Origin: Eledone cirrhosa
Lineage: Eukaryota
NCBI GenBank assembly: GCA_964016885.1
Contig: OZ024753.1
Coordinates: 31,372,001 to 31,436,000 of the forward strand
Direction of reading: 5' to 3'
DNA: 64,000 nucleotides
The notes below the pieces were generated by a model, which was not told the origin of the DNA, searched no databases, and worked only from the letters and a program-made list of their open reading frames with translations. A program made the position numbers and the translations under genes. This document shows positions 13,435-27,895 of this stretch, piece by piece. Positions within the stretch are counted from its first letter, which is position 1; the number at the start of each line of letters is the position of its first letter.

Positions 13435-13577
13435 TATAATAAAATAGTTATGGTTTTATAAATATAGTTTCCATTTATTAATATATTGTATATTTACTCC
13501 ACTAAACTCTTGAGTGCTTTATATCAGTTATAAAAATGTTTAAGCTTGTTGAATCCCAACAAATTAAATATAACCTC

Positions 13578-13580
<3 letters not shown>
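13435..13580 (+). mobile_element. Family E-related 3' fragment
   Basis: tatggttttataaatatagtttccatt is shared with 39221-39247; ttgagtgctt at 13510; ends at (TA)n. Confidence 0.6.
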
Positions 13581-13668
<88 letters not shown>

Positions 13669-13669
13669 T

Positions 13670-14107
13670 CTAGCCGAGTTACCCGCGCCTTGCTGCATTT
13701 CACACTTTGTAAGAAAATGATGATTGATTTTAAATCAGTGATATAATTTATGGAGAAAAACTCTGCATTTCAATATTACTCAATGTAAAATGTAATGAAT
13801 AAAAAATTGGAAAACATTTTTTTGTAATATATCAAATCAAAATTACATTATTAAATCTTATTCTTATTTTTTTTTTCTTGTAAATAATCTTTATCAAAAT
13901 ATCAATTTAAAACTTGATAATTTCAATTTTATTTAAAGCATTATATTCAAAGTTTATTATTTGTTTTTTAACGTTTTACATTGAGTAATATTACAATTTT
14001 CAACATAAATTATATCACTGATTTAAAATCACTTATCATTTCACTCATCCTTTTCTTACAAAAAAAAAAATGTGTGCAACGCAGAAAGGCGCGGGTAATT
14101 CGGCTAG
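13670..14107. mobile_element. Palindromic MITE-like element with Helitron-like CTAG termini at both ends
   Basis: ctagccgagttacccgcgcctt / aaggcgcgggtaattcggctag; further internal IRs (tgattttaaatcagtgatataattta; attactcaatgtaaaa). Confidence 0.7.
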
Positions 14108-14960
14108 TATATATATATATATAAATATATATATGTATATGTGCACGCTTGCAAAGACAGACAAGGTTATTGATGACGAACGCTGTATATTTTCTACATG
14201 AGATATTAACGAAGTTTTAAGTTTCTCTGTTCATGTATTTGTTGTACAAGGAATGGAAATACTTGATGTTTCATCAATTTTACTTCTTAGACATGTCAAG
14301 AAAATTAAATAAAGTATATGGGCACCATCAATTCTCTTTTGGTTTGTGTTGAAAGGAAGATGAGTGTGGAGTGATGATAATATTGTGGATATGGTGGGGA
14401 GAAGCATCTGAGCTCAACTCATGGTCGCCACTTTTCTAAGAATTACATGTCATTTACAATTCTACTTTCTGATATTGGAATACGAGTGAAAGCTATTCTT
14501 CTCTATCATTGTGTTAAACTGCTAAAAAGGAAACAATGGACCGTTCTGTAATGATATGTTTTACACAATAGGTCGTCAAAGACTGCAGTTGTGTTCAAGA
14601 TTAGAAAGATGGAGAAACACACATGCACACACACTCTCTTACACACAAGCGCGCGTGCGCGCACACCCACCCACATATATATATTCATTTACTATGGCTA
14701 AATTGTGAATTTGTTATTCTGGAGTTTCACCTTCATACGCACATGGTCAACCTTGAATATTTAAACTCTACTTCGGCTTTGAGTACTATTTAAACTCTAC
14801 TTCGGCTTTCTGATTGATCGTCAATAACATACGGATATATCTATATACACACACATACACATATCCATATATATATATATATATATATTACACACATGAA
14901 TACATATATATATATATACACTCATACACACATCCATATATATATATATAAAAATACATA

Positions 14961-15060
14961 CAGAGTGCCCTAAAAAAATGTGTACACATTTTGATTACCT
15001 GAACAGGCAATATTTATTAGAATGCTGTTTAAGTGTGTATACATTTTGGTGGTAACCCTA
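14961..15060. mobile_element. Small Tc1/mariner-like MITE
   Basis: Imperfect TIR cagagtgccctaaaaaaatgtgtacacattt / aagtgtgtatacattttggtggtaacccta, TA-flanked. Confidence 0.45.
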
Positions 15061-15080
15061 TATATATATATATATATATA

Positions 15081-15293
15081 TTAATAAAAATAATGAATAA
15101 ACAAAGAAACAGTTCCTTATATTAACAAATTCATCATTTTACGATCGTTTCTAGGATATATATGTTAGTGCCTCTGTTTTCCTGTATTTTTCATCGAAAA
15201 AAAATTTTTGAATACATCTTCTCTTTTCATGATATTCGGATTACATTGAGTTCTTCATACGGATTGGACACTACCGTACATTTTGGTAGATTT
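15081..15293. mobile_element. Family D PLE fragment (HHR 3' half on minus strand)
   Basis: tacgatcgtttc is the reverse complement of GAAAC-gatc-GTA; ttgagttctt motif at 15246; relatives at 34808 and 42908. Confidence 0.65.
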
Positions 15294-15302
15294 ATCTATC
15301 TA

Positions 15303-15342
<40 letters not shown>

Positions 15343-16151
15343 GTGTGTGAAGCAGAGAGAGAGAATTACTGTCTGTGCAGTAGATGTATAAAATAGTCAT
15401 ACTGTATATTTCTAACTATTTACACTAGTTCCTTACACTCTGTGATATATAATCTCCGCCTTTTGTAATTAATTCTAATGAATGGCCTTGTACTGCCAAT
15501 ATTGTATATAAGTTAATACACTCAATACATTTCATAATGTGTCGGGAGTTCATTTTATAGAAGCGATTAATTCACCTTGTCAGTTTGTATAAGAAATATA
15601 TCTATATATAACTGCAAACTTAATCGTTTAGAACATTATCTTAGGTCTTGATGTGAGAGAAAATTGGTCCATTTTATTGCACATACTTCCCACTGTTATA
15701 TTTATGGCTCAAAAATACATTTGTTATACCATTATTCATTCGTGTGTAATTTGGAGTCTAAATTCTAAATGAAGATTACATATCGTGTTGGTCTTGTATT
15801 ACATGATTAATGGTATAGAACATAGATTAGTAATGGAGACGATTGACTGACCAGTGATATAAGCAGTTGCATGAATAATAGTATAGATATATGGTATGCA
15901 ACGGTATAAACGGGTACTGGCTCAATGGTAAAAAGATATGGCATATCAGTATAAACGGGTGCAGGATAATTGGTAGAGGCATTTGACGAATCAATGGTAC
16001 AGACATCTGGATCATATAGAGAGATGATACTTTAGTGGTATACAGATATAGATCAGTGGTATAGAAGAGAAATCAGTGCTATAAACAGTTGCCTATAAAC
16101 AGTGCTATAAACAGCTGGTATTTGTCTGATCAATGGTACATACAGCTTCAT

Positions 16152-16386
16152 GATCAGTGATATAGAGATGAGAGATCAGTGGTGTAGAAATAAAAGATCA
16201 CTGGCGTAGAGATGAGAGATCAGTGATATAGAGATGAGAGATCAGTGATATAGAGATGAGAGATCAGTGGCGTAGAGATGAGAGATCAGTGATATAGAGA
16301 TGAGAGATCAGTGGCGTAGAAATGAGAGATCAGTGGCGTAGAAATGAGAGATCAGTGGCGTAGAGATGAGAGATCAGTGGTGTAGA
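16152..16386. repeat. 22-bp minisatellite (gatcagtgrYRtagagatgaga) x~10
   Basis: Head-to-tail units with no spacers; degenerate units upstream. Confidence 0.9.
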
Positions 16387-16602
16387 CCACGAGCAAGATG
16401 ACTGGATAACATCCATGAACTTCACTGGTCTCGCTTAAAGATCCAGTCGGACCGGTTGGAGACAGTTGGAAGGAGTGTCTGAGGACTTTGCCCCTAACGA
16501 CCTTTGAAAGAATAAGTGGGCGAAGAAGAAGAAATGTGTATATATACATATACATGTGTGTGTGTACGTGAGTGCTTGTATGTACATATGTATATATATA
16601 TA

Positions 16603-16998
16603 TTAGCCTTTGTCAAGGCAGAATTCTAGGAGAAGGAAAACTCTAATATAACACCTGCAACCCTGATGGTATCCAATGATGTTGACTTGTTCTTCTTTTT
16701 GGTAAATATCGTCTTGGTTAAGAGAGTGGGACTGGCTTTGTGCAGTGCCTTTGCTCACTATAGAAGCTTCACGGCACAGGCATTGCTTTATATCTGGAGA
16801 TCTCTCTGCACTTGTCGTCACATGGTATGATGGGCCCAGCACTATGTGTCAATAATTGTCACAAGTGTAGTGTTTGTACCAGAGTTTTCAAGTCGCTGGC
16901 TGGACTAAAAAGTCACTTGTTCAGCGCATCGGTAGGGGTTCTCCTACATGGATAGAAAGTAGTGGCCGTACTCGAAAACGAGTTGGCAGCCACCACCA
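16603..16998 (+). mobile_element. Short RTE-derived element, 5'-truncated
   Basis: Matches 11894-12287. Confidence 0.8.
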
Positions 16999-17173
16999 TA
17001 TATATATATATGTATTTATATATATATATATATACATATACATACATACATAGAGAGAGAGAGAGAGAGAATTCCACAATAGATTAGCAAACTTTATACC
17101 GACCACGTCCTTTGGACTGAGTGCTCTACCGACTTCGATAAAACCTCCGGGTCTCTATCTCTCTCTCTCTCTC

Positions 17174-17284
<111 letters not shown>

Positions 17285-18392
17285 GTTAGAATATGTGTAA
17301 TAAGGCCAAGACAATGCAGATATGGACATAGAAAAAAGAATACAATAGTGAAAGATATTGATGTGAATTTTTCTTTCACCTTGAATTTATTTAAATGTCC
17401 TTAATTTTCGAGATAATATCTCTTCTTCGGAGGGAAGTAAAGGTCTCAGACCAGCGTCTTTAAATCTCTAATGAAGCCAAGCCATATATATATATATATA
17501 CACATACACATACAGAAATCTACATGTATACTTATATATATATATATACATACACATACAGAAATCTACATGTATACTTAAATATTATATATATATACAG
17601 AAATTTATATTTATACTTAAATATTATATATATATATATTTGTATGTGTATGTATATATATATATATATACAGACATTTATATTTATACTTAAATATTAT
17701 ATATATATATATACAGACATTTATATTTATACTTAAATATTATATATACAATTAAGTTAAAATTTGTTTTTATTATATATACACATATATATATGTTTTT
17801 ATTATATATACACATATATATATATATATATACAGACATTTATATTTATACTTAAATATTATATATATATATATGTGTGTGAGTGTTGTGTGTGTATGTT
17901 TGTGTAAGAAATATTATCATGTGAGTGCAAATGCGGTTAAGTTAAAAATTGTACTCAAGATGATGGAACCGATTAGAATGTGTGTGTATGTGTGTACTAC
18001 TTAGATCTATACTATATATACAGAGACGCCATTTAGTTCGAGACAAGAATATACAAATGATTAAACGTTCAAGTAATCACACACTACTCGCACTATATAA
18101 ATGCACAAAGATAATTTCTTTACTCTTTAAAATTATTTAAGTTTAAACCTGAAGATATTAATCATCATAATGTAGCAGTAAACCAATATTTTCTGAGATT
18201 TAACCTGTATTTAAAGAATATATTCTATGAAAAAATATTTGCTTCGTTCCTTCCTTCCCTACTCATCATTTAACCAGCCATATCTATAGTATCTTGGTCA
18301 TTTCAGATGCTTGTTGATTTCGTTATATATTGTTTCTACTTTTGGCATATAAACACATATATGTGTGTGTACATATATACATGTTCATATAT

Positions 18393-18448
<56 letters not shown>

Positions 18449-18450
<2 letters not shown>

Positions 18451-18664
18451 CGAAGGAAATGTGGTAAGGAACCAGGTGGACCATAACGCACCAAAGTACT
18501 CAATACCTAGGTTAGTAGATTGGGCAATAGGAACGAGTAGGACCCCGACGGCTGAGCTCAAGCCGTTTCGACAGCTAATTCTGGGCTAAAAAAAATAAAT
18601 AAATAAATAAACCAGGATTAGCCGTCGAAAGGGCTTGAGCTCAGCCGTCGGGGTCCTACTCGTT

Positions 18665-18669
<5 letters not shown>
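18449..18669. mobile_element. Family A fold-back PLE fragment
   Basis: Antisense arm ends in the HHR stem II loop; the sense arm resumes with gaaa.ggcttgagctcagccGTCggggtcc. Confidence 0.8.
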
Positions 18670-18704
<35 letters not shown>

Positions 18705-18860
18705 TGTATCTATATATATATGCATGTATCTATATATATATATATATATTTATATGCATGTATCTATATATATATATATATTTATATGCATGTATCTATA
18801 TATATATATATATATATTTATATGCATGTATCTATCTATATATATATATTTATGCATGTA

Positions 18861-18939
<79 letters not shown>

Positions 18940-18980
18940 CTATATATATATATATATATATATATATTGAGTTAAGAATT

Positions 18981-19121
18981 GAGTCCAGAATTAGCCGTGG
19001 AAACGGCTTGAGCTCAGCCGTCGGGGTCCTACTCGTTCCTATTATCCACTCTACTACCCTAAGTATTGAGTACTTTGGTGCTTTATGGTCCACCTGGTTC
19101 CTAACCACATTTCCTTCGTTT
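18981..19121 (+). mobile_element. Family A PLE fragment
   Basis: GAAACGGCTtgagctcAGCCGTC-ggggtcc; ttgagtactt motif; ends at (TA)n. Confidence 0.8.
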
Positions 19122-19164
<43 letters not shown>

Positions 19165-19173
19165 ATGTATCTA

Positions 19174-19206
<33 letters not shown>

Positions 19207-19213
19207 GCATGTA

Positions 19214-19249
<36 letters not shown>

Positions 19250-19431
19250 TGTATCTATCTATATATATGCATCTATCTATATATTTATATATATATATAT
19301 ATGCATGTATCTATCTATCTCTCTCTCTATATATATATATATTTATATGCATGTATCTATATATATATATCTATATGCATGTATCTATCTATATATATAT
19401 ATGAATTTATATGTATATATATACTTTTATT

Positions 19432-19468
<37 letters not shown>

Positions 19469-19527
19469 CTATATGCATGTATCTATCTATATATATATGA
19501 ATTTATATGTATATATATACTTTTATT

Positions 19528-19580
<53 letters not shown>

Positions 19581-20924
19581 GCACACATACACACACATAT
19601 ATTTTCATGCATTTCAGATTCAATTTATTTCTGATCCACCCGATTATGATGAAGGACATTCCAACACTCTCAATATAGCACTTCATTTATTTCTTAATTC
19701 AGACATAAAGACATAATACATGTTGGATTGAAATCTATAATGTATATTATATTTTTACTAACGCGTTATTTGTAGCGTAATTGACATCTATTTTTAAAAG
19801 TTATATAACTCCATGCATGGTGCTTAGTTGCTCGTTCATCTCTAGTTGTTGAATGCTATTACTTTTGCGGGTTCATAATTGATCACTACTACTGCTTCTT
19901 CTTCTTTCTCTTGCCCAACGAGGTTGAGGTTCATCCTAAGCCAACGACCCCAAAGCAAAAAGTCACGCGTAGAGACGACTAGGTTCGCCAGCTTCCTTTG
20001 TAATTGACCTGTGAGTCTTATTCTGGCAGAGAATCAGCAGCCACATATAAAACATATGTATTTGGGGCTTCCTTTGAAGAGAGCTGTGTGGAGCTCGCGC
20101 TTTGGTTTCCACCCGGATTGTTCAACTTTTGAGAATTGTGTCCTTCTATAAATTAACTCTTTAGCACTTAAACCGGCCATTTCCGTCCAGAATTCTCTCA
20201 CCTTTTCTGTTGAAGCTGTAACTGGCCACTCATACTGATGTTAAGGTACTGTTCTCAAAATAAATAATATCAAAATCTCATAGATTTGATATCATGTGAG
20301 ATAATTGTGCAAGATAATGCCTTTACCACAAAAATACACTAGTATATATAGAGTAATGTAAATGCTAAACGGTTCAACGGCGCCATAGGGAACTGCTCTG
20401 AATGAACTGCTCCTAGAGTTTTAATATGATGTTCATGGTTTTAGTAGTCATTTCATGCCATTTTTTTTCGTGTTTTGTTTTCTCTTTCTGGAAACGAGTT
20501 TACACTTTCATTGACTAGAGAATGAGTTAAAATTGGATTTGGATATTGTCACGCTTCCATACAACACCTCTATATATTTCCTTAAACAGAAACGTATTAT
20601 ATGTAAAGGGTCTATATGATATTGATGTCTTCCATTGGTATCAGTTTACATCTTCGTTAGTTCAGCGATAAAGAAAGACCAGTAACTTGTTGATTAGTTG
20701 TCTTAAGGAATGAACAAACGCCTGCACATATATAAAAGTTGTACAAGCAAATATTGAGTTACCCTGTATTTTAGGCCAAAGCGACTTGCTAGATAATTTA
20801 AGAATGGTTGAATAAATTAGTGTCATAAACACATTCTTCTACCGTTATTGTGATGTTAATATGAACCTATCTGTATTCTGCTGAAGAAATACCATATTCT
20901 GTGCTTCAATTTATGCTTGGTGAT

Positions 20925-21825
20925 TAGTAGATTTGGTAGATGGTCGAAGATCTGGCCCTTTACATTCTGTGTTCAAATCCCATTGACGTTAACTCTGCCT
21001 TTCCTCCGTCTGGGGGTGAATAAAATAAAGTACTAGTCAAATACTGGAGTTTTAATCAACTTTGCCCTTCTCCAAATTTACTGGCCTCGGACCTAAATTA
21101 AAAACCAATTTATAATGGTCTGTTTCCATATCAATAATGTAAGTCATATATTTCTGTGGCATAGAGCTACTACCCGTTACGTTCTGAGTTCAAATTCCGC
21201 CGAGGTTAGTTTTGCTTTTCATCCTTATGGAATCGATAAAGTAAAGTACCAGTAACGCACTGGGGCCAATTTAATCGATTTCCTCCCGCCAATAATTGTT
21301 GGCCTTGTGCCTAATGTAAAAATCATTATTTAATAATTATTTATGTAAGTCATATATTTCTGTGGCATAGAGCTACGGCCCGTTACGTTCTGAGTTCAAA
21401 TCCCGACGAGGTTGACTTTGCCTTTCATCCTTACGGGGTGGATAAAATAAAGTACCAGTAATGCACTGGTGAATTGCTGGCCTTGTGCCTAAAGTAGAAA
21501 CAATTATTTACTTATTATTTACCTATAAGGTGGTGGATTGGCAGTATCGGTAGAGGGTCAGACGCGATGTTTTGCAACATAGAGTACGCCCCTTTACGAT
21601 GTGTGTTTTTGATATGAAATGCCATGTTGAAACAAGTATTATTATATTTGGGGAAGGTCGCCATGCTTTGACGCATAGAGTTACGGCCCTTGCCATTCTG
21701 AGTTCAAATCCCACCGAGGTCAACTTTGCCTTTCATCCTTACGGAGTCACGCACTGAGGTCGATTTAATTGACTTTTCCCTCCCCAAAATTACTGGTCTT
21801 GTGCCTAGAGTAGAAATCATTATTT
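20925..21825 (+). mobile_element. Cluster of ~5 tRNA-head SINE copies/fragments
   Basis: Cores at ~20990, ~21210, ~21420, ~21730; head-only piece at 21528-21600. Confidence 0.85.
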
Positions 21826-22223
21826 ACTTACAATTATGAACCCGTCTTCATTGGTTCTGGTTAATGATGGTGGCTGACTCGTTCCAATTCAGGGAACTTC
21901 TTTTATTTATTTTATGTATTTCCTAAATATATATAATTTTGATATAATGCTACACAAAGCTTAAATTTATGTTAAACATACTTTGTATCGAACCAATTTC
22001 TAGATATAATGAAAAAAAACAATATTGCTTATTAATATCTGTTATCACAAAAGAGTATGACGTAAATATAAATGAACAAGTATTGTTGTATGATAAAGGA
22101 CTGTGTGATTTTAGGTTTTGTCTGACTTGTAACATTTTGGGAAAGTGTCTTCTACAAGAGCACCGGGTTGACTAAACGAGTGAAATTTGGTGAACTGAAA
22201 ACATGTAGCAATCCACTCCCTTT

Positions 22224-22655
<432 letters not shown>

Positions 22656-22778
22656 GTATGTATGTACATATATATATATATATATATATATGTACATACA
22701 TATGCATCTAGTGTTTTTAAATTTGATGGAATTCTGTCCGGCTTCCTGTCGTTTTACTCAATTATATATATATATATA

Positions 22779-22980
22779 TTAGAAAGTGAGGGTTTTTTTT
22801 ACAAAATGAAAAATAACCGAGGTGTCCTACACGAGTGAAAGTATAAAGAAAAAAAGATGAAATCGAAAATGCAACTGGAGTCTTATTTTTTTTTAAATAT
22901 ATATATTTATTTGGTTCCTTTACCGGTTTCGCAGTTCTTCTGCTTTTCAAAAGTAGAGTTGAGATGGAGCGTCTGTTGTT
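22779..22980 (-). mobile_element. Family F PLE fragment with U3-A8 HHR (22918-22953)
   Basis: Minus strand ctt-TTGAAAA-gcag/aagaa/ctgc-GAAAC cg GTA-aag; matches 53750-53942. Confidence 0.75.
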
Positions 22981-23022
22981 TATATATATATATATAAATA
23001 TATAATGTGCGTGTGTGTGTGT

Positions 23023-23077
<55 letters not shown>

Positions 23078-23098
23078 GAGTTTGTGTATATCTATATA

Positions 23099-23131
<33 letters not shown>

Positions 23132-23150
23132 TCTTCAAATTTATTATTAT

Positions 23151-23191
<41 letters not shown>

Positions 23192-23416
23192 GTATGTATG
23201 TGTATAATCAATGTTTATGTGCTTTAATCGAACGGCTCGACAAATAGAGATCAATAAAATATTTGCCAAACATACAAAAATGTAAAAAATGCACTGGTGT
23301 TGATATGCCGACTAGAATTTCTTTTGGGCTGTGCTGCAGCATGGCCAACATCTAATGACTGAAAGCAATAAAGGAATTATATATACAACCTTCGATGTTC
23401 AATTAGCATCTCACTC

Positions 23417-23580
23417 TCGGACGCCATGCTTTCCAGCATAGAGTTACGTCCCTTTACGGTCTGAGTTCAAATCCCGCCGAGGTTAACTTTACCTTTCATC
23501 CTTACGGGGTCGATCAAATAAAGTACCAGTAATGTACTGGGCAATTGCTGGCCTTGTGCCAAAAGTAGAAACAATTATTT
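23417..23580 (+). mobile_element. tRNA-head SINE
   Basis: B box plus core plus tail. Confidence 0.85.
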
Positions 23581-23595
23581 ATCTGATCAAATTCA

Positions 23596-24372
23596 GCAAC
23601 TGTAACAGTTGTTTGGGTGGTGGTGGTGGTAGAAGTAGAAGAGGTTGTGGTGGTGGTGGTTGTAGTAGTCGAAGTAGTAATATTGGTTGTTGTGGCTGTG
23701 GTGATAGTGGTGGTAGTATTAGTGGTGGCTATGGTAGTGGTGGTGGTGTTAGTGGTGGTGGTGGTTGTAGTAGTGGTGGTGGTTGTAGTAGTAGTAAAAG
23801 AGGTGGCTATGGTAGTAGTAGTGGTGGTGGTGGTTGTAGTAGTAGTATAGTAGTAGTAGTGGTGGATATGGTAGAGTCTGTGGTGATAGTGTTAGTGGTG
23901 ATAGTATTAGCGGTTGTAGTAGCAGTCGAGGTAGTATTAGTGGTGGTAGTGGTAGTGGTTGTGGTGGTGGCGATAGTGATGGTGGTGGTGATAGTATTAG
24001 TGGTGGTAGTGGCTGTGGTAGTGGTGGTGGTGATAGTGGTGGTAGTGGTAGTGGTTGTGGTGATAGTGATGGTGGTGGCTGTGGTAGTGGTTGTGGTGGT
24101 GGTGATAGTAATGGTGGTGGTGATAGTATTAGTGGTGGTAGTGGCTGTGGTAGTGGTTGTGGTGGTGGTGATAGTGATGGTGGTGGTGATAGTATTAGTG
24201 GTGGTAGTAGTAGTCGTGATAGTAGTGGTGGTGGTGATAGTGGTGGTGATATTGTTAGTAGTAGTAGTAGTAATAGTGGTGGTAGTGGCTGTGGTGGTGG
24301 TAATAGTGATAGTGTTGGTGATAGTATTAGTGGTTGTAGTAGTAGAAGTAGTGGTGGTCTTTCAATAGTAGT
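23596..24372. repeat. (GTG/GTA) trinucleotide low-complexity tract
   Basis: Seen directly; source of the poly-V/G ORF. Confidence 0.95.
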
Positions 24373-24778
24373 GTACGTGACAGGTGATTAGTGTTAATTG
24401 AGGTCGAGTATAGAGAGACACCTATCGAGGTTAAGTAGACAACAAACTCAACCACATGTAGTACATGAGTTGAATTACTTCAACTCTAGGCACGCTCTCC
24501 AGACCCTCTTTCCACACTACAATGATCTCATACAATAATTTATGCAGTCCCGCCTACTTTCCTGTATCTTCACTTTGTTCATTTTGAAAAAAAAAACATT
24601 CTACTAACTTTTGCTAAATTTTCTTATCTTTTAGATAACCTTTGAGTTCAGCTTATTTCTTTGTTTTTAATTTTTATTTCATGGGTTGGGTTGTTATAAA
24701 TCTAATACAAAGCCGAAGAATTGGCAGACGTTTGAACGTTGGATAGAGTTTATAACTCTCCGAGGTCTACTAGGCCTT

Positions 24779-24915
24779 TAATCCTTTCAAGGTCAATAAA
24801 AATGTACCAGTCCAGTACTGAAGTCGATTCTTCCTCAATATCACTTTTTTCCTCTAATCCTTTCAAGGTCAATAAAAATGTACCAGTCCAGTACTGAAGT
24901 CGATTCTTACTCAAT
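24779..24915 (+). repeat. Tandem duplication (~77 bp period) of an old SINE core
   Basis: aatcctttcaaggtcaataaaaatgtaccagtccagtactgaagtcgattctt x2. Confidence 0.8.
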
Positions 24916-26244
24916 ATCATCTTTTCATTACCTCTCTCCTTCTCTGGGAGAAATTTGGTTGTGTTCAGTGTTGAAAGAACGGCGTATGTCACTACGACAC
25001 CCGATCAGGAATTACAGCAATTTTCATATATGCAATTTTCATATAACCTTCATGTAGTTTTTGGAAAGAAGACTCTATTTGTAAGGGTTACAGTTCACAT
25101 AGTTCTCGTGAATAACTTCTAATGTAAAATCGCTCCATGTGATGGTTTAACCAGTTATTCTAATTCTGTAGGTTGAGTTATAAGTGCAATACAACCCTTT
25201 TGTGTTAGTGTTTCAGTTAACATAGATTTATTTACAGTTTAGTTAAGGCGGAGGGCCTTCGGGTTAGGGTAGAAGGGCATTCGAGGCTGGTGGAAGAGAG
25301 TAGACTCCTCCAAAGGAATCCAACGGTCAGACAGTTAAACCGGGAAACTAATTTAGTCTACCACCCGTTAATGACTACTGATGGAGTTCCATACGTCCAC
25401 TCTCCTTGCTGGAAATCCGATTCCCTCGAATCATACACCCTATGTAAAAATTGAGGTCCCGATCCGAATGACCTTTTACAGATATAATTTGTATTCAATT
25501 ATTCCTAGGAGGAAGAATTACCACATAGAGAATTAGTTAGGATTCATCACATTATTTGAACTTACAAACCCAACCGCAGAATCAATATGACTGAACAAAA
25601 AAACAAAACATTGCGACTGGGACCATCCGATCTTTTCGTTTATCTAGTTATCTGGATTGTGGCGGTTATATTTTCACAAATAAGACTTATATATTACGAT
25701 CCATTCTTCTTCTTTTCTGGTCATCGCTCCAAACGAACAAATTTCCACCTTTTCCAAAGACCCACTTTATGATATATCTCTGATATCATGTAATATCTTT
25801 ATTTTAACAAGCTTCATTCTGATTAGTCGACATCGATAACAATATATCAGCAAGAAATTTGATCGAGTTATAGATGTTCTCCAGCCTCTATTCAATACCA
25901 TTTGATGAGTTAGAATTGTTTAAGCCAAATGTATATCTGATGGAGCATATCTAGAATATCAAAATCAATCATTCACGCGATGAAAATCCCATCTGTTTAG
26001 CGTTATTTACGCTTATATTATCCATTCATTAAGACGCGGGGGTTTGATTTGCTGGACATCTGATTTGTATTTCTAACATATTGATTCATCACATTGCGGC
26101 AACCTAGTTCACTCGTCCTACTAATTTGTACAGTGGTCAGCATTTCATCATAAACATTAGAGTGGTAGCGTCAAGGAGCTGACAGAAAAAAAAAATTGTA
26201 TGTAGTTAGTTATTCTTCTTCTATACATTCGTACCAGCAGCTGG

Positions 26245-26370
26245 AGGTTTAACCCTGCGATGGACTGGCGCCGTCCAGGGTGGGGCTCTTCTACTCTCAG
26301 TCGTTTCTCGCCATGAAACCGGAATAAGCACCGTTCTAACGAACCTTGAATGTCTTAAGACAGACTGTAC
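26245..26370 (+). mobile_element. Fragment of a second SINE type
   Basis: aaccctgcgatggactggcg..gtccaggg..gaaaccgg.ataagc resembles widespread metazoan SINE 3' parts (recalled, not searched). Confidence 0.5.
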
Positions 26371-26779
26371 TTTTTCTCTAATGTTTGCATTGGATGAACG
26401 AAGCCTGGAGCTTGTATCGGTTCCCTGGAGCTTATGCCGGTTCCATGGACACCGCGAGTGTAAGAATCCACCCTATACGAGATGCCAATTTGTCGCAGAA
26501 TGTAATTATATAAGTTAATTATTGTCAGTGGAAAACATAATCTCTATCCTCCGCTGCAATGTGTAACTCACTGTGCTCTTTAAACAAAATATTATATATA
26601 AATACATTATAGTATATTCGAACGTACGGCGCCACATTTTTCTGAAATTGTAAATAAAATACTGTGAACCCTGAACTGTAAATAACGTATTATGAACTGT
26701 AAATATAATGAAGCGATTGTAATAAGTGATTTCTATTTTTGGAAGCATTAATTTGCTATGTAATATCATACTCAATAAT

Positions 26780-26925
26780 AGATTCTAACACAGGCACAAG
26801 GCTAGCAATTCTGAGGGGAGGGGAAAGTCGATTATCGACCACAGTACTTTGATGGTACTTTATTTTATTGACACCGGAATGAAGAAAGACAAGTTTGACC
26901 TCTGCAGGGTTCAAAACGTAACGAG
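26780..26925 (-). mobile_element. Diverged SINE
   Basis: ggcacaaggc..ggtactttattttattgac..aaagac aagttgacctc. Confidence 0.6.
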
Positions 26926-27225
26926 TCAGAAAAATACTGGTAAGCTTTCATTTCTCTCTCAATCCCCCACCCTCATATTTAAACTCGATAATGATGTATT
27001 ACAAACTCGTATGTTGTGGGTGCAGCATGGACGAATTGTGGCGTTCGCTTAGCAAACGTATGTCTCCAAGTTCAAGCCCGATGTGTTGCATCTAAGTAAG
27101 TTTCATTTACCATGACACTAAGTCGACCCAAACTCTGCGAGTGAAATTGAGTAGAAACTGCTTATAATCTCGTCGGTGGAATTGTATCTGTACTTCGAAA
27201 AGGTAACTGTGTTACTCACTTTGTC

Positions 27226-27430
27226 ACTGAATCTCTTCATAAATTACGTGAAGGGTTACACGTCTGTGTGGAATACCCTGCCACATACACGGGACTGAAT
27301 CTCTTCATAAATTACGTGAAGGGTTACACGTCTGTGTGGAATGCCCTGCCACATACACGGGACTGAATCTCTTCATAAATTACGTGAAGGGTTACACGTC
27401 TGTGTGGAATGCCCTGTCACATACACGGGA
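27226..27430 (+). repeat. 68-bp unit x3 within an old SINE-like element
   Basis: ctgaatctcttcataaattacgtgaagggttacacgtctgtgtggaat..cacatacacggga x3. Confidence 0.85.
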
Positions 27431-27464
27431 AGACAGTTCTTGTGACCATCGTCAACCATGACCG

Positions 27465-27895
27465 AAGTTGATTCGATAAGGTTAACTTTGCCTTTCTTCC
27501 TTATGGCGTCGATAAAATACAGTACCAGTAATGCACTGGGATAATTGCTGGTCATGAGCCAAACGTAGAAACAATTACATTATTGTGACCATGGTCAACG
27601 TTGACCGAAGTTGATTCGATATCATTACAATATTGTGAGCTTCAACCATGGCCGAGTAGGTTCCATATCATTACATTATTGTGCTCTCAAGGGTGCTGGA
27701 TTGGCAGTATAGGTAGAGAGTCGGACGCCATACTTTGCAGCAAAGAGTTACGGCCCTTTATGGTCTGAGTTCAAATCCCGCCGAGGTTAGCTTTGCCTTT
27801 CATCCTTACGGGGTCGATAAAATAAAGTACCAGTAATACACTGGGATAATTAATGGCCTTGTGCCTAAAGTAGAAACAATTATGTGCTCTCAAGG
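27465..27895 (+). mobile_element. Two tRNA-head SINE copies; the second (27693-27882) has a 13-bp TSD
   Basis: TSD tgtgctctcaagg at 27680 and 27883. Confidence 0.85.

Noticed and set aside
16152-16386. CRISPR-like array
   Set aside because: Units are contiguous with no unique spacers; eukaryotic context, no cas genes.
17395-17436. Minus-strand HHR-like cct-CCGAAGA-a-gagata/tatctc-GAAA-atta-agg
   Set aside because: Mutated core, offset stem II and essentially no stem III; could be a decayed copy but not callable.
23532-24368. Gly/Val-rich 278 aa ORF
   Set aside because: Starts inside a SINE tail and runs through a (GTG/GTA) tract.
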